This document shows, piece after piece, positions 17,786 through 28,341 of a stretch of 64,000 bases of DNA. A model generated the notes under the pieces. That model was given only the letters and a program-made list of their open reading frames with translations. It made no database searches and was not told the DNA's origin. Made by a program: the position numbers and the translations under genes. Position 1 is the first letter of the stretch, and each line of letters starts with the position of its first letter. Source of the stretch: Gammaproteobacteria bacterium (GTDB taxonomy: Bacteria > Pseudomonadota > Gammaproteobacteria > CAJXQU01); contig CBDEGZ010000003.1 in NCBI GenBank assembly GCA_965238175.1, positions 1,504,001-1,568,000 on the forward strand, in the 5' to 3' direction.

Positions 17786-18672
17786 ACATAGTTGATATTT
17801 CTCCAAGAACAACGACAAATTCAGTGAGTCGGTATGACAGTAACGAGACGACACGTGTCATTGCTGTAACAAGTGGTAAAGGGGGTGTTGGTAAAACAAC
17901 TGTTTCTATTAATATGGCGCTTGCGCTGGCTGAGAAAGGAAAACGTGTCATGTTAATGGATGCCGATCTTGGACTTGCTAATATTGATGTGATGTTGGGA
18001 TTACGTCCAACAATAAACATGTCACATGTATTAAAAGGGGAATGTGATCTTGAGGACATTATCCTTTCAGGCCCACGGGGAATAAAAGTTTTGCCTGCAT
18101 CGTCAGGTATCAAGCAGATGGTAGATCTGTCAGAACGAGAGCAAGCTGGAATTATCAATGCATTTAGTTCTTTGTCAAAACAAGCCGATGTTTTAATCAT
18201 TGATACCGCAGCCGGGATCAATTCCAGTACGGTAAAATTTTGTACTGCTGCACAAGAAGTTTTATTGGTGGTTTGTAATGAACCTGCATCGATCACTGAT
18301 GCTTATGCAACTATCAAAGTTTTGAATCAGGAACACAATATAAATAGATTCAGAATCCTCGCCAATATGGCACAAAACACCGTCGAAGGCGCACGTATTT
18401 TTCAGAAATTGGTCGAGGTTACTGAGCAATTCCTGAACGTATCACTCGATCTGGTTGGTACGATTCCATACGACATTAATTCACGGAAAGTGGTTCAACA
18501 ACGAAAAGCAATCTTTGATGTTCTACCAGGATCCGGTGCAGCACGCGCTTTTAAGAAACTGGCAGATAGAACTGATAAGTGGTCTATACCGAAGAAAGCT
18601 AATGGTAATTTACAATTTTTTGTTGAGCAATTAGTTCACGTGGAATCTAAACAAAAACAGGTGCAATTATGA
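17782..18672 (+). CDS. flhG: MinD-like flagellar number regulator FlhG/FleN
   Basis: SGKGGVGKT, DADLGLANIDV, EPASITDAYA. Confidence 0.95.
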   Translation: MNIVDISPRTTTNSVSRYDSNETTRVIAVTSGKGGVGKTTVSINMALALAEKGKRVMLMDADLGLANIDVMLGLRPTINMSHVLKGECDLEDIILSGPRGIKVLPASSGIKQMVDLSEREQAGIINAFSSLSKQADVLIIDTAAGINSSTVKFCTAAQEVLLVVCNEPASITDAYATIKVLNQEHNINRFRILANMAQNTVEGARIFQKLVEVTEQFLNVSLDLVGTIPYDINSRKVVQQRKAIFDVLPGSGAARAFKKLADRTDKWSIPKKANGNLQFFVEQLVHVESKQKQVQL

Positions 18673-19412
18673 GTCAAGTGGTGGCCTACAAGAAGACAGC
18701 CGAAAGGGAGGACGTCCCTGCCAGTAATAACCTGATAGAAGAGCATGGTTTATTAGTAAAGCGCATAGCCTATCATTTGATGACGCGTTTACCGGCAAGT
18801 GTTCAAGTTGATGATTTGATTCAATCTGGAATGATTGGGTTATTAGAAGCATCAAGAAATTATGATGCGTCCCAAGGCGCCAGTTTTGAAACCTATGCCG
18901 GGATCCGAATCCGAGGTTCGATGTTAGACGAGATTCGAAAAGGCGATTGGGCACCAAGATCATTACACCGAAAAGTGCGGGAATTAACTAAAGCTATCAA
19001 CGAGGTTGAAGCAAAAACTGGAGAAGATGCGAAAGATGCAGATGTGGCTGAGCATATGCAAATAACGCTGGATGAGTATTACCAGATTTTACAGCATGCA
19101 AGTGGTCACCGGATGTTTAGTTTTGAGGATTTAGTCAGTGGTGAAGAAGGTTTTTCTGAAAGTCTTGTTGACAATATAGAAACGCCATCAGAACAGGTTG
19201 AGAAGGGGAAATTTAAAGAAGCTTTAACAAAAGCTATTTCGACTTTACCTGACAGGGAACGATTGGTGATGTCGCTTTATTACGAAGAAGAATTGAATTT
19301 ACGAGAAACAGGGGAAGTACTCGGTGTCAGTGAATCAAGGGTCTGTCAAATTCATTCACGAGCCTTGGTGAGACTAAAAGCAAGAATGCAAGATTGGGTC
19401 AACTTAATATGA
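18669..19412 (+). CDS. fliA: RNA polymerase sigma factor FliA (sigma28)
   Basis: RLPASVQVDDLIQ, DWAPRS, LGVSESRVCQIH. Confidence 0.97.
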   Translation: MSQVVAYKKTAEREDVPASNNLIEEHGLLVKRIAYHLMTRLPASVQVDDLIQSGMIGLLEASRNYDASQGASFETYAGIRIRGSMLDEIRKGDWAPRSLHRKVRELTKAINEVEAKTGEDAKDADVAEHMQITLDEYYQILQHASGHRMFSFEDLVSGEEGFSESLVDNIETPSEQVEKGKFKEALTKAISTLPDRERLVMSLYYEEELNLRETGEVLGVSESRVCQIHSRALVRLKARMQDWVNLI

Positions 19413-19430
19413 AAAGTGTGGAGATATATT

Positions 19431-19823
19431 GTGGATAAAAACATGAAAATTCTGATCGTGGATGATTTCTCCACCATGAGAAGAATCATAAAAAACTTAC
19501 TACGAGATCTAGGTTTCACCAATACTGATGAAGCAGATGATGGTCAAACAGCGTTACCAAAATTGGAAGCGGGAGGGTTTGATTTTCTAGTAACGGATTG
19601 GAACATGCCTGGAATGCAGGGAATTGATTTGCTTAAAGCGTGTAGGGCAAATCCTGATCTAAAAGATCTTCCTGTCTTGATGGTAACAGCCGAGTCGAAG
19701 CGTGAACAAATCGTGGAAGCAGCGCAAGCGGGTGTTAATGGTTACGTTGTAAAACCATTTACTGCAGGAACCTTGAAAGAGAAAATCGATAAGATTTTTG
19801 AACGAATTGATGCGCCAGCATAA
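19431..19823 (+). CDS. cheY: Chemotaxis response regulator CheY
   Basis: [31 protein letters not shown] start at 19431 after GGAG. Confidence 0.96.
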   Translation: MDKNMKILIVDDFSTMRRIIKNLLRDLGFTNTDEADDGQTALPKLEAGGFDFLVTDWNMPGMQGIDLLKACRANPDLKDLPVLMVTAESKREQIVEAAQAGVNGYVVKPFTAGTLKEKIDKIFERIDAPA

Positions 19824-19882
19824 GTAGCTCAATACCGAAAAAAAGATCTAATTATTTTAGATTTAGATAACAGGAGACGATT

Positions 19883-20599
19883 GTGACTGAAGCAACACGA
19901 CTAGATTTAGCAAATGATTTTATTGATGCAATTCAAGATGGAAATGAAGAGCAAGCAGACGAAATACTAACGATGATCGCTGCTGAGCGTGAGTCACGTT
20001 TATTTGCAGAAGTCGGGAAACTGACACGTGAGTTGCATGACTCACTTACAAACGTTCGATCCGAATCTGATCTCGCGAGTATTGCTGAAAATGAAATTCC
20101 TGATGCCACTGAGCGGTTAAATTTTGTTATCGAAAAAACAGAAGATGCTGCCAATAGAACCATGGATGCTGTTGAGGAAGTATTACCCGTCTCAGAGACG
20201 ATCCGTACTCGATCTGCACAGTTAAAAGAAGATTGGTCGCGATTTCAACGCCGCGAAATGGATGTTGAAGAATTTAAAAATATGGGCGATGAGTTGGTTG
20301 ATTTCCTTGAGGAATTAACAGATAACTCAGACATCATCCACACAGGGCTCAATAACATACTTGTTGCACAAGATTATCAAGATATAACCGGTCAGGTAAT
20401 TCGAAAAGTAATCGAAGTCGTACAAACGGTAGAAACCTCATTAGTCGGTTTGATTAGAGCAACGGGTGTACATGCAGGACCGAAAAAAGAGGTTAGTGCT
20501 ATTGAGGCGGAAGGCCCGCAAATGAATGCCGATAAGAAAGCGAATGTAGTAAATGGACAAGACGAAGTAGACGATCTGCTTTCCAGTCTTGGATTTTAA
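19883..20599 (+). CDS. cheZ: Chemotaxis phosphatase CheZ
   Basis: AQDYQDITGQVI, QDEVDDLLSSLGF. Confidence 0.96.
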   Translation: MTEATRLDLANDFIDAIQDGNEEQADEILTMIAAERESRLFAEVGKLTRELHDSLTNVRSESDLASIAENEIPDATERLNFVIEKTEDAANRTMDAVEEVLPVSETIRTRSAQLKEDWSRFQRREMDVEEFKNMGDELVDFLEELTDNSDIIHTGLNNILVAQDYQDITGQVIRKVIEVVQTVETSLVGLIRATGVHAGPKKEVSAIEAEGPQMNADKKANVVNGQDEVDDLLSSLGF

Positions 20600-20668
20600 A
20601 GTCTGAAACGAATAGAAAAACTAATGACTGTTTTCCATTGAGAAGATGAAAACAAATCGAGAAATATT

Positions 20669-22726
20669 ATGGCTATCGATCTAGAAGATGAAATTGTACA
20701 AGACTTTCTTGTAGAAGCAGGTGAAATCCTGGAGACCTTAAATGAGCAGGCAGTTGATCTGGAAACGTCACCAGATGATTCAGATCTACTCAATGCGGTT
20801 TTTAGAGGATTCCACACTATCAAAGGTGGTGGGGGCTTCCTGGCGCTAGATAATCTAGTGCACGTAGCTCATAAATGTGAAGATATTTTTGATTTGCTTC
20901 GACAAGGCGAGAGAAAGATCGATGCCGATTTGATGGATGTTGTACTGAATGTGCTTGATGTCTTGAACGATATGTTTGATGAGATACGTAGTGGTGAAGA
21001 TCCTACTGCGGCCCCAGGTGAATTAATGGGCAAGCTTAATATATTGGCCGATAAAGACGGTGTTCTCAATGCTGAGAGTGCTGCACCAGCGGTTGAAGCA
21101 TCTGCTGCACAAACGACACCTTCAGAAGATATTTCCGAGGAAGAGTTTGATGAACTAGTAGACGCTTTGTCTGGAAAAGAAGATAAACCAATAACAAAAA
21201 CCGAGGCCAAAGAAGGTGATATTACGGAAGAAGAATTTGATCAACTTTTGGATGAACTTCATGGCCCTAGTGGTGCACCGACGCCATCAGCAGATGGAAC
21301 GCCAAAAGATAAACCAATCACTAAAGCAGAAGTTAAAGAGGGTGACATTACGGAAGAAGAATTTGATCAACTATTGGATGAATTGCATGGTAAGGGAAAA
21401 CCTGATTTATCTGCTGCTAAACCAGAAGAAGAAAAGCCTCAGATAGAATCTGAATCTCCTAAGGAACCAGAAGTAAAAAAAGCATCATCTCCTGAATCGG
21501 TTAAAAAAGAAGCTGAAACAAAACCTAAAGCAAAAAAAACACCGCCCACAGGGGAAACTACAGTACGAGTAGAAACCAGTACATTAGACAGTATTATGAA
21601 TCTGGTGGGTGAGTTGGTGTTGATCAGAAATCGGATGTCAAATCTTGAGGAAACAATCGGCGACGAAGAGATGACGAAGACTGCCGCATCGTTGGATGTC
21701 ATTACGTCAGATCTACAAACTGTTGTTCTCAAAACAAGAATGCAGCCGATCAAAAAAATCTTCGGCAAATTCCCACGTGTAGTTCGAGATTTGGCGAGAA
21801 GCTTAGGACGAGAAATTAATCTCGAAATGTTTGGTGAAGATACCGATCTGGATAAGAACCTTGTCGAGGCCTTAGCTGATCCACTTGTGCATCTTGTGCG
21901 AAATGCAGTTGATCATGGTATCGAGATGCCAGATGTGCGTGAGTCGAATGGTAAGAATAGACAAGGCACATTGAAGCTGGGAGCAAAGCAGGAAGGCGAT
22001 CATGTCTTGATCACAATTTCTGACGATGGCGCAGGTATGGATCCTGAAGTGTTACGAGCTAAAGCAGTAGAGAAAGGCATGATGGATGCTGATGCAGCTG
22101 CTCGTCTGGATGACCGAGAATGTTATGAATTAATTTTCTCCGCTGGATTTTCCACTAAAGTTGAGATTTCTGATGTTTCTGGCCGTGGTGTTGGAATGGA
22201 TGTGGTGAAAACTCGTATTAGTCAACTGAACGGGATTGTCGAGATAGATTCCAAGTTTGGTGAAGGAACAATGCTGTCGATTAAATTGCCTCTGACATTA
22301 GCCATTATGCCAACATTAATGGTCATGCTTGGAGAACAGATATTTGCCCTTCCACTGGTCAGTGTTAAAGAAATCATGGACTTTAACATGAGTGAAACGA
22401 ATGTCGTTGATGGTCAAAATGTACTTGTGGTGCGAGGTAGAGCGCTGCCAATATTTAATTTGAGTCATTGGTTAGTTAATAGCGCTGTTTTTGGGGAAAC
22501 AAGCAAAGAACCAGGACATGTTGTTATCGTTAATGTAGGTACGCAACAGGTTGGGCTACTGGTGGATGATCTGATTGGACAAGAAGAGGTTGTTATTAAA
22601 CCGCTTGGATCAAATCTGCAAGGTACACATGGATTAGCCGGTGCCACCATCACGGGTGATGGTCGTATCGCATTGATTCTTGATCTTCCTAGCTTGATTG
22701 GACATTACGCAAGTCGATATAACTAA
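20669..22726 (+). CDS. cheA: Chemotaxis histidine kinase CheA
   Basis: Hpt FRGFHTIKG, HLVRNAVDHGIE, SGRGVGMDVV and a C-terminal CheW domain. Confidence 0.97.
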   Translation: MAIDLEDEIVQDFLVEAGEILETLNEQAVDLETSPDDSDLLNAVFRGFHTIKGGGGFLALDNLVHVAHKCEDIFDLLRQGERKIDADLMDVVLNVLDVLNDMFDEIRSGEDPTAAPGELMGKLNILADKDGVLNAESAAPAVEASAAQTTPSEDISEEEFDELVDALSGKEDKPITKTEAKEGDITEEEFDQLLDELHGPSGAPTPSADGTPKDKPITKAEVKEGDITEEEFDQLLDELHGKGKPDLSAAKPEEEKPQIESESPKEPEVKKASSPESVKKEAETKPKAKKTPPTGETTVRVETSTLDSIMNLVGELVLIRNRMSNLEETIGDEEMTKTAASLDVITSDLQTVVLKTRMQPIKKIFGKFPRVVRDLARSLGREINLEMFGEDTDLDKNLVEALADPLVHLVRNAVDHGIEMPDVRESNGKNRQGTLKLGAKQEGDHVLITISDDGAGMDPEVLRAKAVEKGMMDADAAARLDDRECYELIFSAGFSTKVEISDVSGRGVGMDVVKTRISQLNGIVEIDSKFGEGTMLSIKLPLTLAIMPTLMVMLGEQIFALPLVSVKEIMDFNMSETNVVDGQNVLVVRGRALPIFNLSHWLVNSAVFGETSKEPGHVVIVNVGTQQVGLLVDDLIGQEEVVIKPLGSNLQGTHGLAGATITGDGRIALILDLPSLIGHYASRYN

Positions 22727-22747
22727 AATAGACAGTAATAAAACAAA

Positions 22748-23803
22748 ATGAGTATTCGTGTTCTCGTCGTTGACGACTCCATATTTTACCAGCACCGATT
22801 AAGGGAAGTGCTGGACGCTCATCCTTCATTGGAAGTCGTGGGTGTTGCTAAAGATGGACAACAGGCAGTAGAAAAGACAAAGTCGTTAAAGCCGGACGTA
22901 ATCACGATGGATATTGAAATGCCCGTTATGGATGGTATTTCAGCCGTGAAAGAAATTATGCGCGATCGTCCGACGCCAGTGTTAATGATCTCGGCGGCGA
23001 CTAAGCAAGGCGCCAATGCAACATTTGAGGCTATGGACGCGGGTGCTCTGGATTACTTGACCAAAGACTTTTACGAGATTACAGGAGATCGTGAGGCCGC
23101 TGGTAATAAAATATGTAATAAAGTTATTCAAATTGCGAAGAATAAACTAACACCAGTGAAGGTAAGTGAATTTGATCGCCAGCAACTAAATAAAACCCAC
23201 TTTGATGATTATGAAATTCTTGTTATTGGTGCATCAACAGGTGGACCCGTAGCGGTTCAAAAAGTACTCAAAGGTATTCCCAAAAATTTTCCATTACCTA
23301 TTCTGGTCGCTCAGCATATGCCAGAGACTTTTACACCGATGTTTTCTGAGCGCTTAGACCAAATCTGTGATGTTTCAGTTAAAGAAGCAGAGGATGGGGA
23401 TGTTTTGTTTCCTGGTTGTGTTTACATCGCACCCGGCGGTAAACAGACGACAGTGAAAACAAAATGCCAACAGAATTTATTGCAGATCGAAGAAGGCGAT
23501 CTCTCGTTAGTTTACAAACCTTCTATTGATAAAACGTTTGAATCTCTTGCTGACATTTATCGAGGAAAAGTATTGGCACTCGTTTTAACAGGAATGGGTT
23601 CTGATGGTTGTGAAGGTGCCCGAAAATTAAAGCAAGCTGGTTCAAAAATTTGGGCGCAAGATGAAGAAAGCTCGGTCGTCTATGGTATGCCAATGGCGGT
23701 CGCAAAGGCCGGATTAACAGATCAAATTATGTCGATAGCTGCTTTTGAGAAATTTTTTTCAGATGAGAAACTTCTCAGCAAACGCGTAGTTGAGGGAATA
23801 TAA
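22748..23803 (+). CDS. cheB: Chemotaxis methylesterase CheB
   Basis: Receiver domain + GASTGG, QHMP, LTGMGSDG. Confidence 0.96.
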   Translation: MSIRVLVVDDSIFYQHRLREVLDAHPSLEVVGVAKDGQQAVEKTKSLKPDVITMDIEMPVMDGISAVKEIMRDRPTPVLMISAATKQGANATFEAMDAGALDYLTKDFYEITGDREAAGNKICNKVIQIAKNKLTPVKVSEFDRQQLNKTHFDDYEILVIGASTGGPVAVQKVLKGIPKNFPLPILVAQHMPETFTPMFSERLDQICDVSVKEAEDGDVLFPGCVYIAPGGKQTTVKTKCQQNLLQIEEGDLSLVYKPSIDKTFESLADIYRGKVLALVLTGMGSDGCEGARKLKQAGSKIWAQDEESSVVYGMPMAVAKAGLTDQIMSIAAFEKFFSDEKLLSKRVVEGI

Positions 23804-23805
23804 GC

Positions 23806-24546
23806 ATGGATTTTTTAACACTGATCGGAATATTCATTGCCTTTGGAGCCATTCTACTTGGACAATTTCTTGAAGGTGGCCATCTTAGTACCTTAATTAA
23901 TGGACCAGCTTTTCTGATTGTCTCAGGCGGTACGCTAGGTGCCATCATGATTCAGTCACCTTTACATATATTTATACGTTCAATGAAGATGTTGCCCTGG
24001 CTATTTAAAACACCAGAAAATCCGATGCAAGAATCTTTAAATAAATTGCTGCGTTGGAGTAACGTTGCGCGCCGGGAAGGTTTGTTAGGGTTAGAAAAAC
24101 TTGCTCAAAATGAACAGGATCTTTTTTCTCGAAAAGGATTACAACTATTAGTTGATGGTAACGAACCAGAGGCTGTCCGTAAGACCATGGAATTAGAAAT
24201 AATCGCAATGGAAGATCGTGATCTTCAGGCCGCAAAAGTATTTGAAGGTATGGGAGGTTATGCTCCCACAATTGGAATAATCGGTGCGGTTATGGGTTTG
24301 ATCCATGTGATGGGAAACCTTTCTGACCCAAGTAAATTAGGTGGTGGTATTGCGGTTGCATTTGTAGCGACGATCTATGGCGTTGGAATTGCCAATCTTT
24401 TTTTGTTACCTACAGCAAGTAAACTCAAAAGTATTGTACGTGATCGCTCACGACATCAGGATATGTTAACTGAAGGATTAATTGCGATTGCAGAAGGTGA
24501 AAACCCACAAGTAATTGCATTGCGACTTGAGGCCTTTCTGAATTAA
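23806..24546 (+). CDS. motC: Flagellar stator A subunit (MotA/MotC type)
   Basis: ARREGLLGLE, GGYAPTIGIIGAVMGLI, AFVATIYG. Position after cheB matches the Pseudomonas-type motCD arrangement. Confidence 0.88.
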   Translation: MDFLTLIGIFIAFGAILLGQFLEGGHLSTLINGPAFLIVSGGTLGAIMIQSPLHIFIRSMKMLPWLFKTPENPMQESLNKLLRWSNVARREGLLGLEKLAQNEQDLFSRKGLQLLVDGNEPEAVRKTMELEIIAMEDRDLQAAKVFEGMGGYAPTIGIIGAVMGLIHVMGNLSDPSKLGGGIAVAFVATIYGVGIANLFLLPTASKLKSIVRDRSRHQDMLTEGLIAIAEGENPQVIALRLEAFLN

Positions 24547-24561
24547 TTCAGAATTGATCAG

Positions 24562-25449
24562 ATGCCCAGTCGTCGTTACGAAGAAGAGCATGAAAACCAC
24601 GAACGTTGGTTGGTTTCTTATGCAGATTTTATTACCTTGCTGTTTGCATTCTTTGTCGTTATGTATTCGGTTTCTTCTGTGAACGAAGGTAAATTCCGGG
24701 TTTTATCCTCATCAATGGAAGACGCTTTTAATGAACAACCTCTACGCGGTTTCGAACCGATTCAAATAGGCGAGATCCTTCGCACGCTTGATCCTGAAAA
24801 ACAGCTCCGTACCGGCGAGGGTATTTTGCCGGATTACGAACCCAAAACAGATTATGAATCTCCTAACGAAGGTCAAGATGAAATCCCGGAAGGTTACGAG
24901 GCGGCTGAAAAAATTGTCGAAGATCTAAAAGGTGCTGTAGAGAAACTGGAAGATGCTGGGTTTAAAGTTGATCTAAATGAAAAATGGGTTGAGGTCAGTA
25001 TGAGTAGTGAAGTGTTATTCACTAGTGGCCGCGCCAAACTTTCTAAAGAGGCTGTACCTGTACTCAATGAATTGGTAGATGTGCTTAATGAGTTTAAAAA
25101 CCCATTGCGAGTAGAAGGTTTCACTGATGATCGTCCGATCAGAACATCGGTATTTCCATCAAACTGGGAGTTGTCTGCAGCGCGTGCAGCAAGTGTTGTT
25201 AGCCATTTCACACAACAAAATGTTGATCCAAAACGTATGGCTGCTGTTGGTTATGGCGAACATAGACCTGTTGCTGAAAATTCAACGACTGAGGGACGAA
25301 GTGCAAATCGACGCATCGTAATTAAGATCTCAACAGACGCTTCTGAACTTCAGGCGGATGCAGAAATAAATAGTGTTGAGAAGAATGAACTAGGAAGCAA
25401 ATTTCTACATACGATTGAGTTCCCAGGGCCAGAAGGTTTTGAACTATGA
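24562..25449 (+). CDS. motD: Flagellar stator B subunit (MotB/MotD type)
   Basis: HERWLVSYADFITLLFAFFVVMY and OmpA-like NWELSAARA. Confidence 0.88.
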   Translation: MPSRRYEEEHENHERWLVSYADFITLLFAFFVVMYSVSSVNEGKFRVLSSSMEDAFNEQPLRGFEPIQIGEILRTLDPEKQLRTGEGILPDYEPKTDYESPNEGQDEIPEGYEAAEKIVEDLKGAVEKLEDAGFKVDLNEKWVEVSMSSEVLFTSGRAKLSKEAVPVLNELVDVLNEFKNPLRVEGFTDDRPIRTSVFPSNWELSAARAASVVSHFTQQNVDPKRMAAVGYGEHRPVAENSTTEGRSANRRIVIKISTDASELQADAEINSVEKNELGSKFLHTIEFPGPEGFEL

Positions 25450-26240
25450 AGGTCTGGACAGTTGCGAATCAAAAAGGTGGAGTAGGTAAAACCACAACAG
25501 CCGTTTCAATGGCGGGCTTACTTGCCACCAAAGGATATGAAACGTTAATGATCGATCTCGATCCTCATGGTTCTATGAGCAGTTATTTTGGTCAAGATCC
25601 CGATACATTGGAAGACAGTGTTTATTCTCTATTTCAAGCAGCGGCGAATAAGACCCGCATTTCCCCTGCATCAGTTCTGCTAAGGACAAAAGTACCTAAA
25701 CTTAGTTTATTACCGGCTTCTACATCGCTTGTATCACTTGATCGACAGTTTGGATCGCACGGTGGAATGGGTATGGTGATTAAAAATGCGCTTGCTCGTT
25801 GGGGGAATCATTTCGATCATGTGATTATTGATTGTCCACCGATGTTAGGTGTTTTATTGATCAATGCACTCGCTGTCTGTGATCGTGTTTTAGTGCCGGT
25901 ACAAACGGAGTTCTTGGCGATCAAAGGGCTGGAAAGAATAAATCATACATTTGATATGGTTAGGCAAGCACATAAATTACCTTTTGAGGAATTAGTTATT
26001 CCAACAATGTTTGATCGAAGAACCCGTGCCTCACATGACAGTTTGAAATTTCTTCAAGAAAACCATGCAGAAACTCTTTGGGAAATGGTGATCCCAGTCG
26101 ATACAAATTTCAGGGAAGCGAGTAGGGCTGGTTTGCCATTACCGATAATGAAACCAAAATCTCGCGGTTCCCTGGCTTACCAAGCATTATTGGATGATTT
26201 ACTGGAAAGAGAACTAGACACGGTGGAAAGTACACTATGA
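25446..26240 (+). CDS. ParA-family ATPase (chemotaxis ParC-like)
   Basis: NQKGGVGKTT, DLDPHGS, DCPP, PVQTEFLA. Located in the che cluster. Confidence 0.9.
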   Translation: MKVWTVANQKGGVGKTTTAVSMAGLLATKGYETLMIDLDPHGSMSSYFGQDPDTLEDSVYSLFQAAANKTRISPASVLLRTKVPKLSLLPASTSLVSLDRQFGSHGGMGMVIKNALARWGNHFDHVIIDCPPMLGVLLINALAVCDRVLVPVQTEFLAIKGLERINHTFDMVRQAHKLPFEELVIPTMFDRRTRASHDSLKFLQENHAETLWEMVIPVDTNFREASRAGLPLPIMKPKSRGSLAYQALLDDLLERELDTVESTL

Positions 26241-26911
26241 GTGAAGTAGTAAAGCAAGAAGTAAAAGTACTCGATCAAACTGAAGTACTTGGTTTGTATC
26301 TTGATGCGCTATTCAGAGAACATCCAGAGCACACTGTTGAAGAAAAGAAAATTGAAGTAGACGTTTCTGTAAAAGAGGACGAACAAGCACTAGTTGATGA
26401 ACTAAAACCTGAACCAATCATTCTCTCTGATGGACAACCAGAATGGGCACAGAAGGCTTTCCAAACCTTATTTATTGACATAGACGGAATGAATATCGCG
26501 CTACCAATGGAAGCGATGAGTGGTATCAGAGTGTATCCAGATCAATTAAATCAAATACCTAATTCAGCTCCTTGGATTGAAGGAACCTTCAATCTTCGTG
26601 GCACAAATATTCAAGTGGTTAATGCACGTCGCCTTTTTTTATTAACAAACAATCGTGCGCTAGATCCTGAAGAAGATCTCAAGAAGCCCGAATTTATCGT
26701 GCAAATTGGTGATGGTCGATGGGGGCTTGCTTGTCATAGTGCCGATCGTGCTTTGATGATTGAGCCTGATCAAGTTCGTTGGAGTGGCGCAGTAAGACGC
26801 CGCCCGTGGTTACTAGGCATGATTAAAGAACATCTCTGCGCTTTGCTGGATGGTGACGAATTTATTAAATACTTGGATGAGGGTGCTAAACCACTCGAAG
26901 AATTGGCATAA
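26237..26911 (+). CDS. CheW-domain protein (ParP-like)
   Basis: YLDALF N-terminus, PEWAQKAFQ, RPWLLGMIKEHLCALLD. Lies between parC and cheW. Confidence 0.8.
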   Translation: MSEVVKQEVKVLDQTEVLGLYLDALFREHPEHTVEEKKIEVDVSVKEDEQALVDELKPEPIILSDGQPEWAQKAFQTLFIDIDGMNIALPMEAMSGIRVYPDQLNQIPNSAPWIEGTFNLRGTNIQVVNARRLFLLTNNRALDPEEDLKKPEFIVQIGDGRWGLACHSADRALMIEPDQVRWSGAVRRRPWLLGMIKEHLCALLDGDEFIKYLDEGAKPLEELA

Positions 26912-26984
26912 ACAATGCTTGAGATTTGTATATGAGCTTAAAAAAATCGCGAGTTGCAATAATAAAGAACAGGATAAAATAATT

Positions 26985-27461
26985 ATGAACGCATTATCTG
27001 AAGTAGTAGAAGATCCAGTCATCCAGTGGGTAACCTTTCGTCTGGACGGTGAGACATACGGTATTAATGTTATGCAAGTACAAGAAGTTCTTCGTATGAC
27101 AGAAGTTGCTCCTGTTCCTGGTGCACCAGATTATGTTGTCGGGATTATTAATTTACGCGGTAATGTTGTTACCGTCATCGATACACGGAAACGTTTTGGT
27201 TTAATGCCAAAAGATCCAGATGATGCTACGCGTATTGTGATTATTGAGTCTGATAGTAATATTGTTGGAATTTTAGTTGATAGCGTTGCCGAGGTCGTTA
27301 ATTTACGCGGTTCGCAAATTGAAACGGCACCTAATGTAGGTAATGAAGAAAGCTCGAAGTACATTCAAGGTGTGTTTAGTCGTGAAGAAGATATTCTGAT
27401 CCTTGTAGATTTGAATAAGTTTCTTAGCGATGAGGAATGGAGCGATGTAGCTTCTTTCTAG
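26985..27461 (+). CDS. cheW: Chemotaxis coupling protein CheW
   Basis: QWVTFRLDGETYGINVMQVQEV, GIINLRGNVV. Start set at MNALSE after AGGA. Confidence 0.95.
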   Translation: MNALSEVVEDPVIQWVTFRLDGETYGINVMQVQEVLRMTEVAPVPGAPDYVVGIINLRGNVVTVIDTRKRFGLMPKDPDDATRIVIIESDSNIVGILVDSVAEVVNLRGSQIETAPNVGNEESSKYIQGVFSREEDILILVDLNKFLSDEEWSDVASF

Positions 27462-27483
27462 GTTCCTGTTAAGGGAGGTTGAG

Positions 27484-27660
27484 ATGGTGATTAGCACAAT
27501 TAAGCCTTTTCCTGTATTACCTGTGATCCCTGTTCGTCATAAAGAGAATAGGGAAGAGCGGCAGCAGCAGAAAAAAGATCCAAAAGATGACAAAAATAAT
27601 CGTCAAGAACAATATGACCAGTCAAATAGTAACAACGGTCATATTGACACGTCTGCTTAA
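27484..27660 (+). CDS. 58-aa small protein (below ORF-track cutoff)
   Basis: GGAGG RBS. MVISTIKPFPVLPVIPVRHKENREERQQQKKDPKDDKNNRQEQYDQSNSNNGHIDTSA* fills the cheW-DUF2802 gap. Confidence 0.7.
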   Translation: MVISTIKPFPVLPVIPVRHKENREERQQQKKDPKDDKNNRQEQYDQSNSNNGHIDTSA

Positions 27661-27687
27661 TCAGCACTTATGTGTGAAAGCTAACAT

Positions 27688-28092
27688 ATGATGAACACTT
27701 TTCTTTTTATAGGTTTGATTATATGTATGGTAATTTGCGCCTACTTAGGATGGCAAATATTTCAACTAAAGAGGACCATAAGTCAAAGAGAAAAGTCCTA
27801 TCACTTCATGCATCAAGATTTACATGGTTTGATCTTATGCATGCGTGGCATAACTCAACGTTTTGAGAAACAACAAAAACAGCTAAGAAGTGTCACTATC
27901 CGTCAGAACGATATCCAAGCAATGAATACTAATGACTCAAATTACGAACAAGCAATTCTTCTGATGGATAAAGGTGCCACTATTGAAGAGTTGATTGAGA
28001 CTTGCGGGTTGTCAAAAGGCGAAGCTGAATTGATGAATCGTATCAACAATATTACATTTGAAGAGCCTGTCGGTGAGATAGGATTGCGCTAG
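27688..28092 (+). CDS. DUF2802 family protein
   Basis: N-terminal TM, coiled coil, YEQAILLMDKGATIEELIETCGLSKGEAELM. Usual position after cheW. Confidence 0.85.
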   Translation: MMNTFLFIGLIICMVICAYLGWQIFQLKRTISQREKSYHFMHQDLHGLILCMRGITQRFEKQQKQLRSVTIRQNDIQAMNTNDSNYEQAILLMDKGATIEELIETCGLSKGEAELMNRINNITFEEPVGEIGLR

Positions 28093-28158
28093 CTTAAAAA
28101 CTGGTTTACCCTTCACGGCCTTGTCGATGTCAGGCAAGATTTACAGAAATAATCAGCG

Positions 28159-28250
28159 GGAGAGGTGGCCGAGTGGCTGAAGGCGCGCGCTTGGAAAGTG
28201 TGTATACGGTTAATCCCGTATCGAGGGTTCGAATCCCTCTCTCTCCGCCA
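28159..28250 (+). tRNA. tRNA-Ser(GGA)
   Basis: Acceptor GGAGAGG/TCTCTCC-G-CCA, anticodon loop TTGGAAA, long variable arm, T-loop GGTTCGAATCC. Confidence 0.96.
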
Positions 28251-28341
28251 TACATTACTGTCAAAACAATTATGAGATGATGTTTGACGTTCAAAGTACC
28301 CGAAGTAAGGTGAGCTATTCTAAGTTGATCACAGTTTAACT

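Noticed and set aside
21125-21395. Repeated DITEEEFDQLLDELHG motifs in the CheA linker
   Set aside because: A known feature of Pseudomonas/Vibrio-type CheA proteins, so not novel.
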